Part shown: one piece after another, positions 25,912 to 38,865 of the stretch
Numbering within the stretch: position 1 is the first letter of the stretch
Layout: each line of letters opens with the position of its first letter
Assembly (NCBI GenBank): GCA_951406725.2
Contig: OX597839.1
Coordinates: 31,868,001-31,932,000 of the forward strand
From: Octopus vulgaris
Taxonomy: Eukaryota
Direction: 5' to 3'
DNA: 64,000 nucleotides
Notes under the pieces: model-generated
Seen by the model: the letters and a program-made list of their open reading frames with translations, nothing else
What the model was told of the DNA's origin: nothing
The model's database searches: none
Position numbers and translations under genes: made by a program

Positions 25912-26275
25912 TGGCAGCATGGGTTAGATGCTGGTTTCCCAACCATGAGGTTTTGGGTTCAGTCCCCCTGTGAAGCACTTTGGGCAAGTGCCTTCTACTA
26001 CAGCCTTGGGACAACCAAAGTGAATTCACTCATTTGTGAGAGAATTTGGTAGATGGAAACTGAAAGAAGCCCATAGTGCACACACACACTTAAATGGGTG
26101 TGTTTTGTCTCCCATCACTGCTTGTCACCCAGTGTTAGTTTATGTCCCTGTAACTTAGCAGTCCAGGCAAAAGAGACTGACAGAATACATACCAAACTTT
26201 AAAAATATGTCCTGGGGTCGATTTGTTTGACACTAAAACCCTTCAAAGCATGACCAATGATTGAAAGAGTAAAAT
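25912..26275 (+). mobile_element. SINE family A (decayed)
   Basis: ttcccaaccatg...gggttcagtccc...gggcaagtg...ctggggtcgatttg. Confidence 0.85.
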
Positions 26276-26749
26276 GTAAGACAGTAGCAACAGATTGTCC
26301 TTATATATCAGTCATTTCAGACCCATGCCCTTTATGATGTTCTAGTTTGTCTCTGATACATCTCAATAAGTAAAGGCAAGCAAATGCTGCAACAGGAGTA
26401 AGATTTTCATGGGACAGAACACACAGATGTTTTGTATTCCTTGTCTTCTGAAAATCCAGGAATGAATTCCAGTTACAAGCTAGCAAAGCACTCAAATATT
26501 CAAGATAACCAAACTCATGTTCCTTTTCTATTGCCATATTGGAACTGATGAGTTTTCATTAATCAGGAGGTTTTCTCTAATGTGACCATACAGGTCAGAC
26601 CATACTGTAATATTATAATATAAACAGGACCACATGACTGTCCAGTCATACTGTAAAATGATTGGACAGTCATACATTGTAACAGGACTGAAAAGTATGA
26701 CTGAACTATATGACTGTACTGTGTGGTTGTACAGTCATATTACGATATG

Positions 26750-26949
26750 AAGGCTGTGAGCTGGCAAGCCAGGGAAAATGTTTAGTAGCTTCTCATCCGG
26801 CTTTATGTTCTGAATTCTTCCAGTGAAGTCGGCTTTGCCGTTCGTCTTGTCGGGGATCAATAAAATGAAGAGCAGTTGAACACCAGAGTTGACGTAATCA
26901 ACTTACCTCCTTCCCCAAAATTGCTGGCCTTGTGCCAAAATTTGAAACT
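26750..26949 (+). mobile_element. SINE family C
   Basis: aaggctgtgagctggca ... ttgctggccttgtgccaaaatttgaaac. Confidence 0.8.
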
Positions 26950-27200
26950 AATATTATGACTGTGCAGTTATATATTGTAACAGGACAGGACAGTTTGATT
27001 GTGCAGTTATATTGTAGCTAATGAACCTTCTCTCATTAGTAAGCCCTGCTAATTACCTGGTGCAGTGAACTATGGCTCTACATCCAACCATTTATAACTT
27101 GTCGGCCTAAATCTCTGTAAGTGCAAAGAATTAAGAAAGTACACAGTGAGGTATCAACTTCTTAACTCTTAGACTGTCAGGTAAGGACCCTAATAAAACC

Positions 27201-27434
27201 TATTTCTTTACTACCCACAAGGGGCTAAACATAGAGGGGACAAACACGGACAGACAGACAGATTAAGTCGATTATATATCGACCCCAGTGCGTAACTGGT
27301 ACTTAATTTATCGACCCTGAAAGGATGAAAGGCAAAGTTGACCTGGGCGGAATTTGAACTCAGAACGTAGCGGCATACGAAATACGGCTACGCAATTCGC
27401 CCGGCGTGCTAACGATTCTGCCAGCTCACCACCT
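27201..27434 (-). mobile_element. SINE family C, young, distinct tail, with TSD
   Basis: TSD taataaaacc at 27191-27200 and 27435-27444; CpG-rich; the tail (gtttgtcccctctatgtttagccccttgtgggtagtaaagaaata) differs from other C copies. Confidence 0.92.
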
Positions 27435-27711
27435 TAATAAAACCGTTTTCTTTCAAGTATTTCTTAGGATGATGATACATGCATTTAGAATAAGCCATGT
27501 CTCCAGAAACCAAAGGAGACAGTTTTCAATTTGGGTTTGTGTAACATTAAATCAAGAGAAATCTCTCTCTAGACATAATACTAATTTATTGTCGATAATC
27601 TTGAAAAATCCTGGTGTCCATTTCTAGCAGCTAGGTAAATCCCAATAATCTACACAGATAAGTCCTACTCAGGATCAATTAAACTTCTGTAACATATTGG
27701 GATTTATTGCT

Positions 27712-28087
27712 TGACGTGAATGTGCGGTTGAGAAGTTTGCTTCCCAGTCATGTGGCCTTGGGTTCAGTCTTATCAGGCAGCACCTTTAGCAAGTATTTTC
27801 TACTACAGCCCTGGGCTAGCCAAAGCCTTGTAAATGGATTTGGTAGATGGAAACTGAAAGAAGCCCATGTATGTATGTTATGCATGAGTGTGTGTGCATG
27901 TGCCTGTGTTCATCCCCCAATACTACACCCCATAACTTAGCAGTTCAGCAAGAGAGTCCAACAGAATAAATATTAGCCTTAAAAATAAAAAAAGGACTGG
28001 GATCAATTCCTTTGACTAGAAATTCTTCCAGGCAGTGTACCTGCATGGCCGCAGTCTAATGACTGAAACAAGTAAAAGATAAAAGAT
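27712..28087 (+). mobile_element. SINE family A
   Basis: Head through gcatggccgcagtctaatgactgaaacaagtaaaagataaaaga. Confidence 0.85.
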
Positions 28088-28249
28088 AGTTTATAAAAAC
28101 CAATTTTCCCAAACATCAATTAGCTACATTGAAAACCTACTGACATTCACTGGCTGGTCCTATAGGTTAGATCCAATGTCCTCAAGGAAAAACCCATCAA
28201 GTCATCAACCCATGCTGACATGGGTTGAACTGCTGGCATGTATATATAA

Positions 28250-28610
28250 TCATCATTTAACAGTCACATTCCATGCTGGCATGGTTGGATGGTTTGATAG
28301 GAGCTGGTAAGGATGGGTGCAGCACCAGGCTCCAATTGTCTGTTTTAACATAGTTTCTACTACTGGCTGCCATTCCTAATGCCAACCCCTTTACAGAGTT
28401 ACTGAGTACTTTTTATGTGGCACCAGTACCAGTGCTTCTTATGTGGCACCAGTACCGACAGGATCACCAAGTAACTTGCAAGACAAGAAACCCCTCAACT
28501 GGCAGTAGTAGTGATGGAGGGGGAGTGCTTTGTGCCAGTTGATGAGAGAATAGGGGTATAAAGCGACAGAGCTAGGAGGTCCTGCTGTAGAGTAGATACA
28601 TCAATACTCC
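28250..28610 (-). mobile_element. Family D repeat (RTE-like 3' end), long form
   Basis: catcatttaa...ttccatgctggcatgg...caccaggctccaat...ttcctaatgccaacc; its extension is homologous to 55110-55240. Confidence 0.7.
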
Positions 28611-29552
28611 AGTTGAAAAAGAAAGGCAGAAGAGTTAGAGACTAAGACAGAGCAGATATGTCAGATAGTAAGTTAAGGAACGTAATAGTTAGTGAGAGAG
28701 ATGGTGGTGAAGATATAATATATATATATTCAGATGTAGAAAATTGTAAAAGAAAAAAACAAAACATTTTCAAACTTATGCATTGCATACATACACGCAC
28801 AAATTTCTAAACATACATTCTTATATATCCATACATGCATACATTAAACCTATAGTTTTTTTCCCAATATTTCTTAGAGGCCAATGTCTCTCTCTCTCTC
28901 TCACTCTCTCTCTCTCTCTCTCAGGGGTGAAAAAGAAGCTGCTTTTCTAATATCCCATATAGTCAATAAGAGAGATAACTGACTCCTATCACCATCACTA
29001 ATACTTATGTATTTGTATTCGTACAATTTTCCTTATGCATACAATGACTTTCACCCAATCACTTTTTCTCCCCAAAGCCTGCCATCACCAAACACCTACC
29101 ATCACCACTCCATAACAATGACAGCTATTCAAATCAAAAAGGTCAATGCAAAAATAACAACTTTATTATTATTATTATTATTATTATTGCTTTGTTTCGA
29201 TTTTTGTGTTGTTTTTCAACAGCAACAGAGCTTTTTTGACTCTTGTATCCCCCACCATCCACTTGTTATTCCTAATTCCTTTCTAAAGGTACCTCCACAT
29301 AGATTTCTATCCAATAGTATCTATTGATTAATTCAGATATAAGAGAACAGTTTTACCTTGGCAGCATTCCAGAGTACATAAAGAGAAGCATCAAATTTGG
29401 AAATAAACATTCAAGCAAAGTTTTGCCAAATTGTTTAGTATAAAATATCAAGATACTTCAGGCAAAATGATCCATCAAGATGAAGTTTGAAAATTCAAAA
29501 CTATTGAGTGTTTATATTCTTGGCATAATCCTCAAAAAATGGGACATCATAA

Positions 29553-29636
29553 GTTATTATTATTATTATTACTATTATTATTATTACTATCATTATTATT
29601 ATTATTATTATTATTACTATTATTATTATTATTATT
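29553..29636. repeat. (TTA)n microsatellite
   Basis: Seen directly. Confidence 0.95.
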
Positions 29637-29892
29637 GGCTAGTGTTAGTAATACTATTCTGCAACACATTTTATGATGATTAATATGAACAAGTAAGACA
29701 TCAATAATAATAATTAATAATATTAATGATAATAGTAATTTCCAAACTGAATGTAACGCTTTCAGCAAGTAGACTCAGATATCTTGTGGAAGACAATAAG
29801 ATGATTGTGATGAGGTATTAGATTATAAACCATGAAGTAATCATTATCTTATCCATGTGGTTATTGTTGTGTATAGCAGAAATAATAATGAT

Positions 29893-29962
<70 letters not shown>

Positions 29963-30469
29963 GACCGAACCATCAAAGCCAATAAACCAGATATTGTTGT
30001 GAAAGACCAAAACAATAAAGTTTGCTTATTGATCGACATGAGCATCCCCTGTGATCATAATATCTTGGCGAAAGAGTTTGACAAGCTTAGAAAATATAAA
30101 GACCTGCTCATTGAAATTGAGAAAATGTGGCATCTCAAGGCGGTTACAATACCAGTGATCGTAGGAGCACTAGGAATGATCAAGAAGGGAACCGAAAATT
30201 ATATGAGAATGATCCCTGGCTTACCATCCCTGCAAGAAGTGCAAAAGATTGTCTTAACTGGTACATCACACGTATTGAGAAGAGCATTGTCGATGTGAGA
30301 ACTGTTGCTGCTCATGTATTTTAATTTAACCTTAAAAAAAAAAAAAAATGAATGAACTATTGAGTTTGGTTTAATGGCCTACCAATGTATACTATGAGTT
30401 TCTTTGCCCTAGGAGTCGGGAAGACACTCGGCAAGAAATGGAAGCAAATTTGAAAGAAGAAGAAAAAAA

Positions 30470-30470
<1 letters not shown>
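29963..30470 (+). mobile_element. 5'-truncated R4/Dong-clade non-LTR retrotransposon (restriction-like endonuclease domain plus 3' UTR) inside (TAA)n
   Basis: Uninterrupted 111-codon frame DRTIKANKPDIVV...LLIDMSIP...K...KYKDL...VIVGALG, the RLE motif; stop at 30296-30298; A-rich end; (TAA)n on both sides (29898-29962, 30471-30520). Confidence 0.9.
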
Positions 30471-30521
<51 letters not shown>

Positions 30522-31189
30522 CTGGTGATTGTAATAATAATAAATTTATTTCCTGTCAAATACAAAGAGGAAAGAAGCCAGCTGATATAGCTTGAATTTA
30601 AATGACCCACATCTCACAGAGCTCAGAGACATTTAAATCTTATATTAACACAGAAAGTATTAAAGCAAGATTGGGCAGGGGTTAATACAGATCATTGAAA
30701 CGAGTTTAAATGGATGTGCCCAGGGTTTCCAGCACTGCAATGGATCTAGAAGAGCTTGCAAAAACCTCGGGGTAGCTCCTGCAGTTTCTTCAGGGGAACA
30801 AAGCATTTTTTATGCTTATTTCACATGTGTGCCAATTTCGCCACTCTTCAATAAAATTGATTTTTCCTTTTTTTTTTTTTTTCTTTTGACAAAATTAGAG
30901 CATGGAAAACCAAAATGTCATGGTTACGGGATTTAGTCATGTCTGTTTATGTCCCGGGTTCAGTTCTCACCAAGGTCAACTTTGCCTTTTGGAGTTGATA
31001 GAGTACCAGTTAAATACTAAGAATTAATATAATCAACAAAAACTAATCTGATGCCAACATTAGACATTATTATTCTTTATTCTTTTATTTCTTTTAATGG
31101 TTTCAGTCGTAGGACTATGGTCATGCTGGAGCACCGGCTTAATTCATTTTCTTTCAGAGATGGAATGAATTTTAAAATATATATATATA

Positions 31190-31310
31190 TAGGCCGATGC
31201 CAGACCCCTCTGGCACCTGTGCAGGTGGCACGTAAAAAACACCCACTACACTCGCGGAGTGGTTGGCGTTAGGAAGGGCATCCAGCTGTAGAAACACTGC
31301 CAGACTGATG
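31190..31310 (+). mobile_element. Family D fragment (young)
   Basis: ggtggcacgtaaaaaacacccactacactcgcggagtggttggcgttaggaagggcatccagctgtagaaac. Confidence 0.8.
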
Positions 31311-31852
31311 ATATACTCAAGTATTTTCAAGAAGACTGAAAAGACTTGTGTGTGAGAGAGAGGGGGGGAACAGAGAGAGAAAGTGTGTGTGTGTGGAGGG
31401 AGAAATGGAATGATGTGTGATTCATGCCTTTCCTAAGCAAAAATTCCAAAGATGCATTACATTTTATAGACCCCTAGTACAAAGTTAAATTCCTTCATTT
31501 TTTTTCTTTCAACAATTGCTTTTAATGATACCGGGGCTGAAATATTTCCCAATCCATTTTCCCTTTCTTAATCTAGACTAGTAATTATACAAGAAAGGTG
31601 CAGTGAACTCATTCTTGTGGTTGTTACCATCCACGTAAAAAATTGGAATTCCACTAAAACTCAAGAAAATGTCAATTTTATGATAATATTTTATAGGTGG
31701 TTTAACCAAGAGGAAAGCAGTGTCCATGACCTTCCAAGACTGGTGGAAAAAAGAGAGTAAAATGTGGTCAAAATGAGTCTTGGCCTGACTGTTTGCATCA
31801 GAGCCATCTTTTAAAGATGGTGGTGCTAAATTGAGCACACACCCATTTGGAT

Positions 31853-32140
31853 GAAGATGTATGGCTTGGTGGCAAGGGAATTTGGCTCACAATCAGGTCA
31901 TGCATTTGATTCCTGGTTGTGTATTGGTCCTTGAGCAAGACACTTTATTTCATGCTGCTCTTATCTACTCTGCTGGGAAAAATGAGATGTACCTGTAATT
32001 CAAAGGGTCAGCCTTGTTACACTCTGTGTCATGCTGAATTTCCCCGAGAACTACATGAAGGATATGTCTGTGGAGTACTCAGCCACTTGCACATTAATTT
32101 CTAGAGCAGGCGGTTCAGTTGATCATATATTGAATCCATG
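31853..32140 (+). mobile_element. SINE family B
   Basis: gtccttgagcaagacactttatttca core; caaagggtcagccttgt...gagaactac tail. Confidence 0.85.
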
Positions 32141-32406
32141 GAGAGCCATGCCACACACATTTGGAAAAAAGATTCAAATTGCCTTTATATATATTTTTTT
32201 TATTTCAGAAATATGAAAGTTAGACAAACATATTTACTCTCAATACATTCAACAGGTTTGAATGTGATTAAAAACACAAGTAATTGCTGTTGGGATTAGC
32301 CACAATAGAGCAGCTTTTCCTTTACAATAAATATGTGTTTATAAAACATTTGATTCATATTTTCCCAAAACACAAAAGTTTCAGTAAACGGTACTTTGGT
32401 CCTGGA

Positions 32407-32529
32407 TTGTGTAATATTAAAACAGAAAATGATATCATAGTTACAGAGGAGACCAAGTGTAACTTATTGTGTAATATTAAAAAAAGAAAATGATGTCTTA
32501 GTCAGAGAGAAGACCAGTGTAATTTATTC
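32407..32529. repeat. ~60-bp tandem duplication
   Basis: attgtgtaatattaaaa...agaaaatgat...agacca(a)gtgtaa(c/t)ttatt occurs twice. Confidence 0.8.
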
Positions 32530-32602
32530 AAAATGTTTAGTGTCTATAGTTCATCGAAATGAACTGAGGGCAACTGGCAGTAAAGTTAGATAATAGAATG
32601 AT

Positions 32603-33209
32603 ATTGTATTTCTGAAATGATTTTGTTGTGCAAATTCATAGAGGTGACCAATTAAGTAACTTAGTGTTACAGATAACAACATCATTTGCACCACTAATTT
32701 TAAGAAACTTGATTCAGCTTTTCAGGTTCTCTGACCAGAGGCCATCATATACACAAGTGAATTCATTGGAATGTACACTAATGTGAGCATTAAAATCTCC
32801 AGTCAATACATTTTGTCATCAATCTGCAAAGGGGATTTTTACTTCTTCATGAATAATTTGGCAATAGAGAACCTTAATGAATAAGTTAGCTTCACTTTCA
32901 TCTTGAAACTGTTTTATATAAATATCTTCCTTTACTTTGATACCATTAGAGAATCAATTACACGAAACTCCATCCTAGACGCTTTAATATTGTTACTTCA
33001 CAATCAAACAAACTATATTGATTTCTTTTCTCAAGCATAACATTTTGTTTTTGTAAGAAGGCTGGAATATAGTTGAATGATTGGATACCAGTATATTACT
33101 GGTGCTTATTTGAAAGGCTTTGAAAAGAAAGGTAAAGTCATGACAGATAGATAGGTAGATAGACATAGATGGATAGATAGATAGATAGATAGATAGATAG
33201 GTTGGTAGG

Positions 33210-33240
<31 letters not shown>

Positions 33241-33285
33241 GTAGGTAGGTAGGTAGGTAGATAGATAGATAGATAGATAGGTAGG

Positions 33286-33368
<83 letters not shown>

Positions 33369-33910
33369 GTAGATAGATAGAAATAGAGAGAGAGAGATCT
33401 TCAACTCAAATTTGAACAACAGCAGAAAGAGTATATCTTTGTTTCCAACTAACTTCTACTTATAGATTTTTTCTCTTTTGTTCTCCTCCCCGTATGGCCT
33501 AGTGGTGGGGATCACAAGGTCGTGAGTTCAATTCCTGGTTTGTAAGACACTTCAGTTGCACTGAGCACCAACTGACTACCAGTGCAGCTCCTCCCATCTC
33601 TTACATCCTGGATGTTCCTCTTGGTCAATGATGAGGGAACCAAGAAGACACCTGTCTGCTCACACCTGCACAGCCACTTAAATAATCCCCTTTGCAGATT
33701 GATGACAAAATGTATTGACTGGAGATTTTAATGCTCACATTAGTGTACATTCCAACGAATACACCTGTGTATATGATGGCCTCTGGTCAGAGAACTTGAA
33801 AAGCTGATTCAAGTTTCTTAAAATTAGTGATGCAAACGACGTTGGTATCTAAGTTACTTAATTGGTCACCTCTATGAATTTGCATGACAAAATCATTTCA
33901 GAAGTACAAT
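32603..33910. repeat. Long inverted repeat: arms 32603-32837 and 33684-33910, 846-bp spacer; arms derive from an RTE-type LINE AP-endonuclease relic
   Basis: Manual alignment gives about 12 substitutions plus one 8-nt indel over 235 nt; the arm sequence translates to LTGDFNAH... and (left arm) ANDVVICNT. Confidence 0.92.
33143..33385. repeat. (GATA)n/(GGTA)n microsatellite
   Basis: Seen directly. Confidence 0.95.
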
Positions 33911-34364
33911 CAAAGCATGATGCATGACACCAAGTCGCACTCACTTCTGAGTGACCACTGGCTGTACCTTTTTTTATTCTTTTTACTCTCTATATTCTTT
34001 CACTGGATTTAGTCAATGGACTGCAACCATTATTTAGCCCTTCCTTCACAGGTTTTAGTTAATCTCAACAACCACCTAACCCCACCCCACCTCACCTGTA
34101 CTCATTTGTCTGCTATTTCTTTTATTGATTATTATTTATTGAATAGCTGAGTTACCTTTCAACATTAAGAAATATAACAGAGTGCACCAATACACATGCA
34201 TAAACGTGCACCTAGCTGCTTGTGCATGTGCATGTGTGTGTGTGTGTGCACACGTATGCACATCTGTATATATTTTGCTAAGGTCTATAGCTGAAAAACA
34301 TGAACAATGGTGAGAAAAACTGAATAACTGGTGCTTTTAAATAATAATAATAATAATAATAATA

Positions 34365-34409
<45 letters not shown>

Positions 34410-34547
34410 CCTTATGGAATATTTTTCCTAGCTGAGTTACACAGACAATCCCTTATCACTCTCACTGTAGGAAAAGCAGTGAATTTATTGGAAGGCTCAA
34501 GCTAACAATGTTATTGATCGCTAAATACAAGATAAACTGATATACAT

Positions 34548-34630
<83 letters not shown>

Positions 34631-34804
34631 ATAATACTTTTCTTATGATATAAGACAGTTTTATATGAAGACAGACATAATCAAGGATTTGATTGTGTTA
34701 CCTCATGTCAAACTAAGTGTCATGTCAACCTAACACGTCAAGAACAACACTATTGATTGCTTACATTTACTTTCTAAAAGCGAGTGAGTGTGTGTGTGTG
34801 TATG

Positions 34805-34865
<61 letters not shown>

Positions 34866-35168
34866 ATAATTAAAATATGTATGCAAAATATATTTAAATA
34901 TGAAAAATGCTTAGGTATAGGATCTTTGTATTATAGATCTGATTACGATATTGATCAATATCTGATTATAATCACTAATGTATAAGCTTAAAACCACTTT
35001 AGTGTTTTAGCAGAATACACAATGTAATTGCAATGAAATACAAGGAAATGATTTTTATAAGCAGATATTATCTTGCAGTCAAGGACAATGAACCAAATCT
35101 GATTATTGGAAGTTCTATATACACTCAGTTTTAACTAAATCTAAAAGTGTTTTAAGTAATATATGTAC

Positions 35169-35257
<89 letters not shown>

Positions 35258-35337
35258 CAGATGCATTTTCATATACATACATGTACTTATACACACATAT
35301 ACACACGTGTGTGTGTATGTATGTATGTATGTATGTA

Positions 35338-35372
<35 letters not shown>

Positions 35373-36167
35373 TTGGACATGTTTGTGCATATGAAAAAGC
35401 ATGTATTTGCATGGTTTGGATAGATCTGGAAATTCAGATATTTCGTGAAGTCCCTATTTTACAGCTGGATGCTTTCGTAAAGGCAACCAAAGAAGAGGTA
35501 ATTATTCAACATGAAACAGGTTCAGTTGAGCACACAGATCCAAATGGAACAACACTCAAAGGGTGTGAGTCTTGAAACTAAAACTGAATTATTAGTTTGG
35601 AAAACAATGTTGAGTATTCATCTGTGGACAATCACAACCAATGAGGTGTTCCTGATGTGGTTAGTCAAGCAGCCAAAGAAACAGCTAAATCTCCTTAAAA
35701 ATCCTCTCAACTTTTCTTAAAATGGCAACCACATATTTTGGTTAAAATTCAAGTGGACCTCAGAATCAAAGACAGCCTGATCACATTTTGAACATTGATC
35801 AATAACAACACTTTATCCTAGCTGCCATGTTGATCAAGTTAAACCAATTAAGTTCTCAAAAAAGGGAAATATAATGGAAACACCACCACCATTGCATTGC
35901 CCCAGTTGTCATGGAAACAGTGTATCCCAAGTGTAATCAGGTCTAAAACCTACAGTGGTGGAGTATACCAGTGATAAACACAGGCCATTTGATCATGGAA
36001 GAGAAATGATGTACCCAGAAAGATGGAGAAGACACCCTTCCCATTGAAAACGAACTTGTAAGAATTTTAACCCAAAAGTATATCAATACTTTGACAAAGA
36101 ACACATAGACTACAGATAACCTCCAATAACCACAACATAGACTAAAATATTACTAAGTTCTCAAGAT

Positions 36168-36583
36168 AGAGTGGCTGTGTGGTAAGTAGCTTGCTAACCA
36201 ACCACATGGTTCCGGGTTCAGTCCCACTGCGTGGCATCTTGGGCAAGTGCCTTCTACTATAGCCCTGGGCCGACCAATGCCTTGTGAATGGATTTGGTAG
36301 ACGGAAACTGAAAGAAGCCCGTCGTATATATGTATATATATATATTTGTATATGTATGTGTGTGTCTTTGTGTGTCTGTGTTTGTCCCCCTAGCATTGCT
36401 TGACAACCGATGCTGGTGTGTTTACAGCCCCGTCACTTAGCGGTTCGGCAAAAAGAGACCGATTGAATAAGTACTGGGCTTACAAAGAATAAGTCCCGGG
36501 GTCGATTTGCTCGACTAAAGGCGGTGCTCCAGCATGGCCGCAGTCAAATGACTGAAACAAGTAAAAGAGTAAAAGAGCAAGAG
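36168..36583 (+). mobile_element. SINE family A, young, full length
   Basis: Intact head and (gtaaaaga)n-type tail; CpG-rich; near-identical to 10646-11034. Confidence 0.93.
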
Positions 36584-38729
36584 TAATAGTGGAATCTGAC
36601 GAATAAGGGGAAGGTGTTACATGGTTGTCTACACAACAGTACTACTCTCCAGGAACAAATAGAACTAATATTTAAAAATGCAGAACAACTGGAAACCCCT
36701 TTGTCCTTGTGGTTGAGGTTTGGAAATGCCTGCAGTCATAGCATATTTTGAGATGAGGACAAAACCAGTGGGAACCATTATCTATGCACAGAGGAGTTTC
36801 AAATCTCCGGTGTATTCATTCCAATGGAATCTCCAGTGTTACTGTACTGCTACAAATTACAATGCTGACCAGTGGTACCTACTTACAACCAGGTTAAGTC
36901 AGTTATGGAGATGTACTTCAGGTCAATGGTCAAAGCATGGCATTTTTCCTTTTTTTTTTTTTTTTACAGGATATAAAATCTTAATTTTTTGGCTGTTGCT
37001 TTCATATCAATAAAATCTTCTCCAGACAGCAGAACCATCTGCCATTTATTAGAAAGGAAAAAAAAATATTTGAATTCTATGAAAGAGAGGGTGAACAAAA
37101 ACAGCTGAAATTACAAACACTCAACTTCAATCATGATAAGACTATTAATCTCAGGTTTTTGTCGTTATGCATTAGTCTGTTCAGTAGTTGTCTTCATAGA
37201 GACATAATAATTCTAGAGATAGACAGACTGACGTAGACACACATTTGGTCTATGATTAAATTTATTATCTTTATATTTGTCTCTCAAGGTTTCAATGCTT
37301 TTAATCAGTCTACCATTTTATAGCTGATTGCTCATCCTTCTATTAACTCTTCAAAAATGATGTGTCATTAACACCTACTTTCAAAGAGACAAACTAAGAC
37401 AAACCATATTATGTAACTTGTATTGATACCACCGACACAGTGAATGCGACAAATATTGAACTCATAGTCACTCATAAAAGCAATTTGGAAAATATTTTCA
37501 AGCCATCATCATGAGTGGAAAGAGAGGATTCTTAAAATTTCAGTATTTTAATATCTGGATCAAATTGCTTTAATTTTCTTTTAAAATAAACAGAAGGGTG
37601 CCCTTTTCTAACACAAACCACTCAATTATGAAGTGAATAGAGTGGTTTTTTGCAGTTGGCTCTAATGAAGCAAACAAAATAATGAATCCTGCCTTCGGGT
37701 AAACAATACAAAGGCTGCAACAGAATCTGGAGTCCTGACCTTTCAGTTTAATAGCTGAGAACCAGCAGTGATTTTATTGATCTGCAGAACTAAGAAAGTT
37801 CAATAGACAAATCACAAACGAAGGCTAATCCACAAGTTCATGATTTATAGTTTCACATAAATATTTTGCTGTATATCTTTTGTCTCATTACCAAATGAGG
37901 AAATAACTAACGTTTGTTTGCTTTTTAAAGAAAAAAACAACAACAACAACAACAACAACATGTCATAAATTTTAGAATCACAAGATTGCCAATTTCTTTT
38001 TTAATATCCTAAGCTAATACGCAATACAAGAAATTTTATTGATCTAATATGTTTATATACATTAGGAGCAAAATATATAAAGTGATTTTTTTAAAAAAGC
38101 ATTTGGTTTTGTAGTAAATTTTGTAATTCATTTTTTGTACTCCAATATAAAAGATATTTCTGAAAAGTAAATACAAAGTCTCTAATTTTAATTTGAAATA
38201 TTATTTTGTGTGTGTATATGCGTGTGTGTGTGTGTGCATATGTGTGTGTGTGGGTGTGTGTGTGCGTATTTGTAGTTCCTATCAAAAAACATCAAAACAC
38301 ACAAAATCCACTTTTAACAGAGTGGATATATATTATATATGTACAAATATTTGAGTATCTACACCATGATATTTCAAACCATGGTTTCATACCATTAACA
38401 GCGTAAATATTTGAGGGATGTTGTTGATCCTCAGATGGTGATAAATATAGATAGAAAATAACCGATATCCACTAGAATTGATATCCACCTAGAGACCAAT
38501 ATTAAACCATAGTTTGGACCCAAGTATATAAAACATGCTCGTCCATATATCATCCTTATCATCATGGTTTTATGTTCTCCATTCCAAACTGGTTTGAGAT
38601 GAGGAGGTCATCATGGGTTGTGCCAGTTCTTATTTGGTGTTATTGCCTTCCTAAATGGATTGGAGGCCATATCCAGCCATTACATACCATTTTTAGCATG
38701 GTTTACATGGTCTGGTAGTTCCACTCTGT

Positions 38730-38865
38730 ATTGGTACATTATGATCAACCCCAAAAGATAAAAGTTAGAGTTGGCCTCAGTGGGATTTGAACTCAGAGCA
38801 TTGAGTGTTAGAACAAATATCACAAAACTTTCTGCCCAACACTTTAAAGACTGCTAGTCCACCAC
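38730..38865 (-). mobile_element. SINE family C fragment
   Basis: gttggcctcagtgggatttgaactcagag. Confidence 0.6.

Noticed and set aside
32548-32565. 7-bp hairpin agttcat-cgaa-atgaact
   Set aside because: Too short to exceed chance in 64 kb
35465-35497. Plus-strand 33-nt microexon (ttttacag|LDAFVKATKEE|gtaatt)
   Set aside because: The acceptor region resembles the family D motif tttctacagctggatgcc, it is on the opposite strand to the better-supported exon, and there are no partner exons
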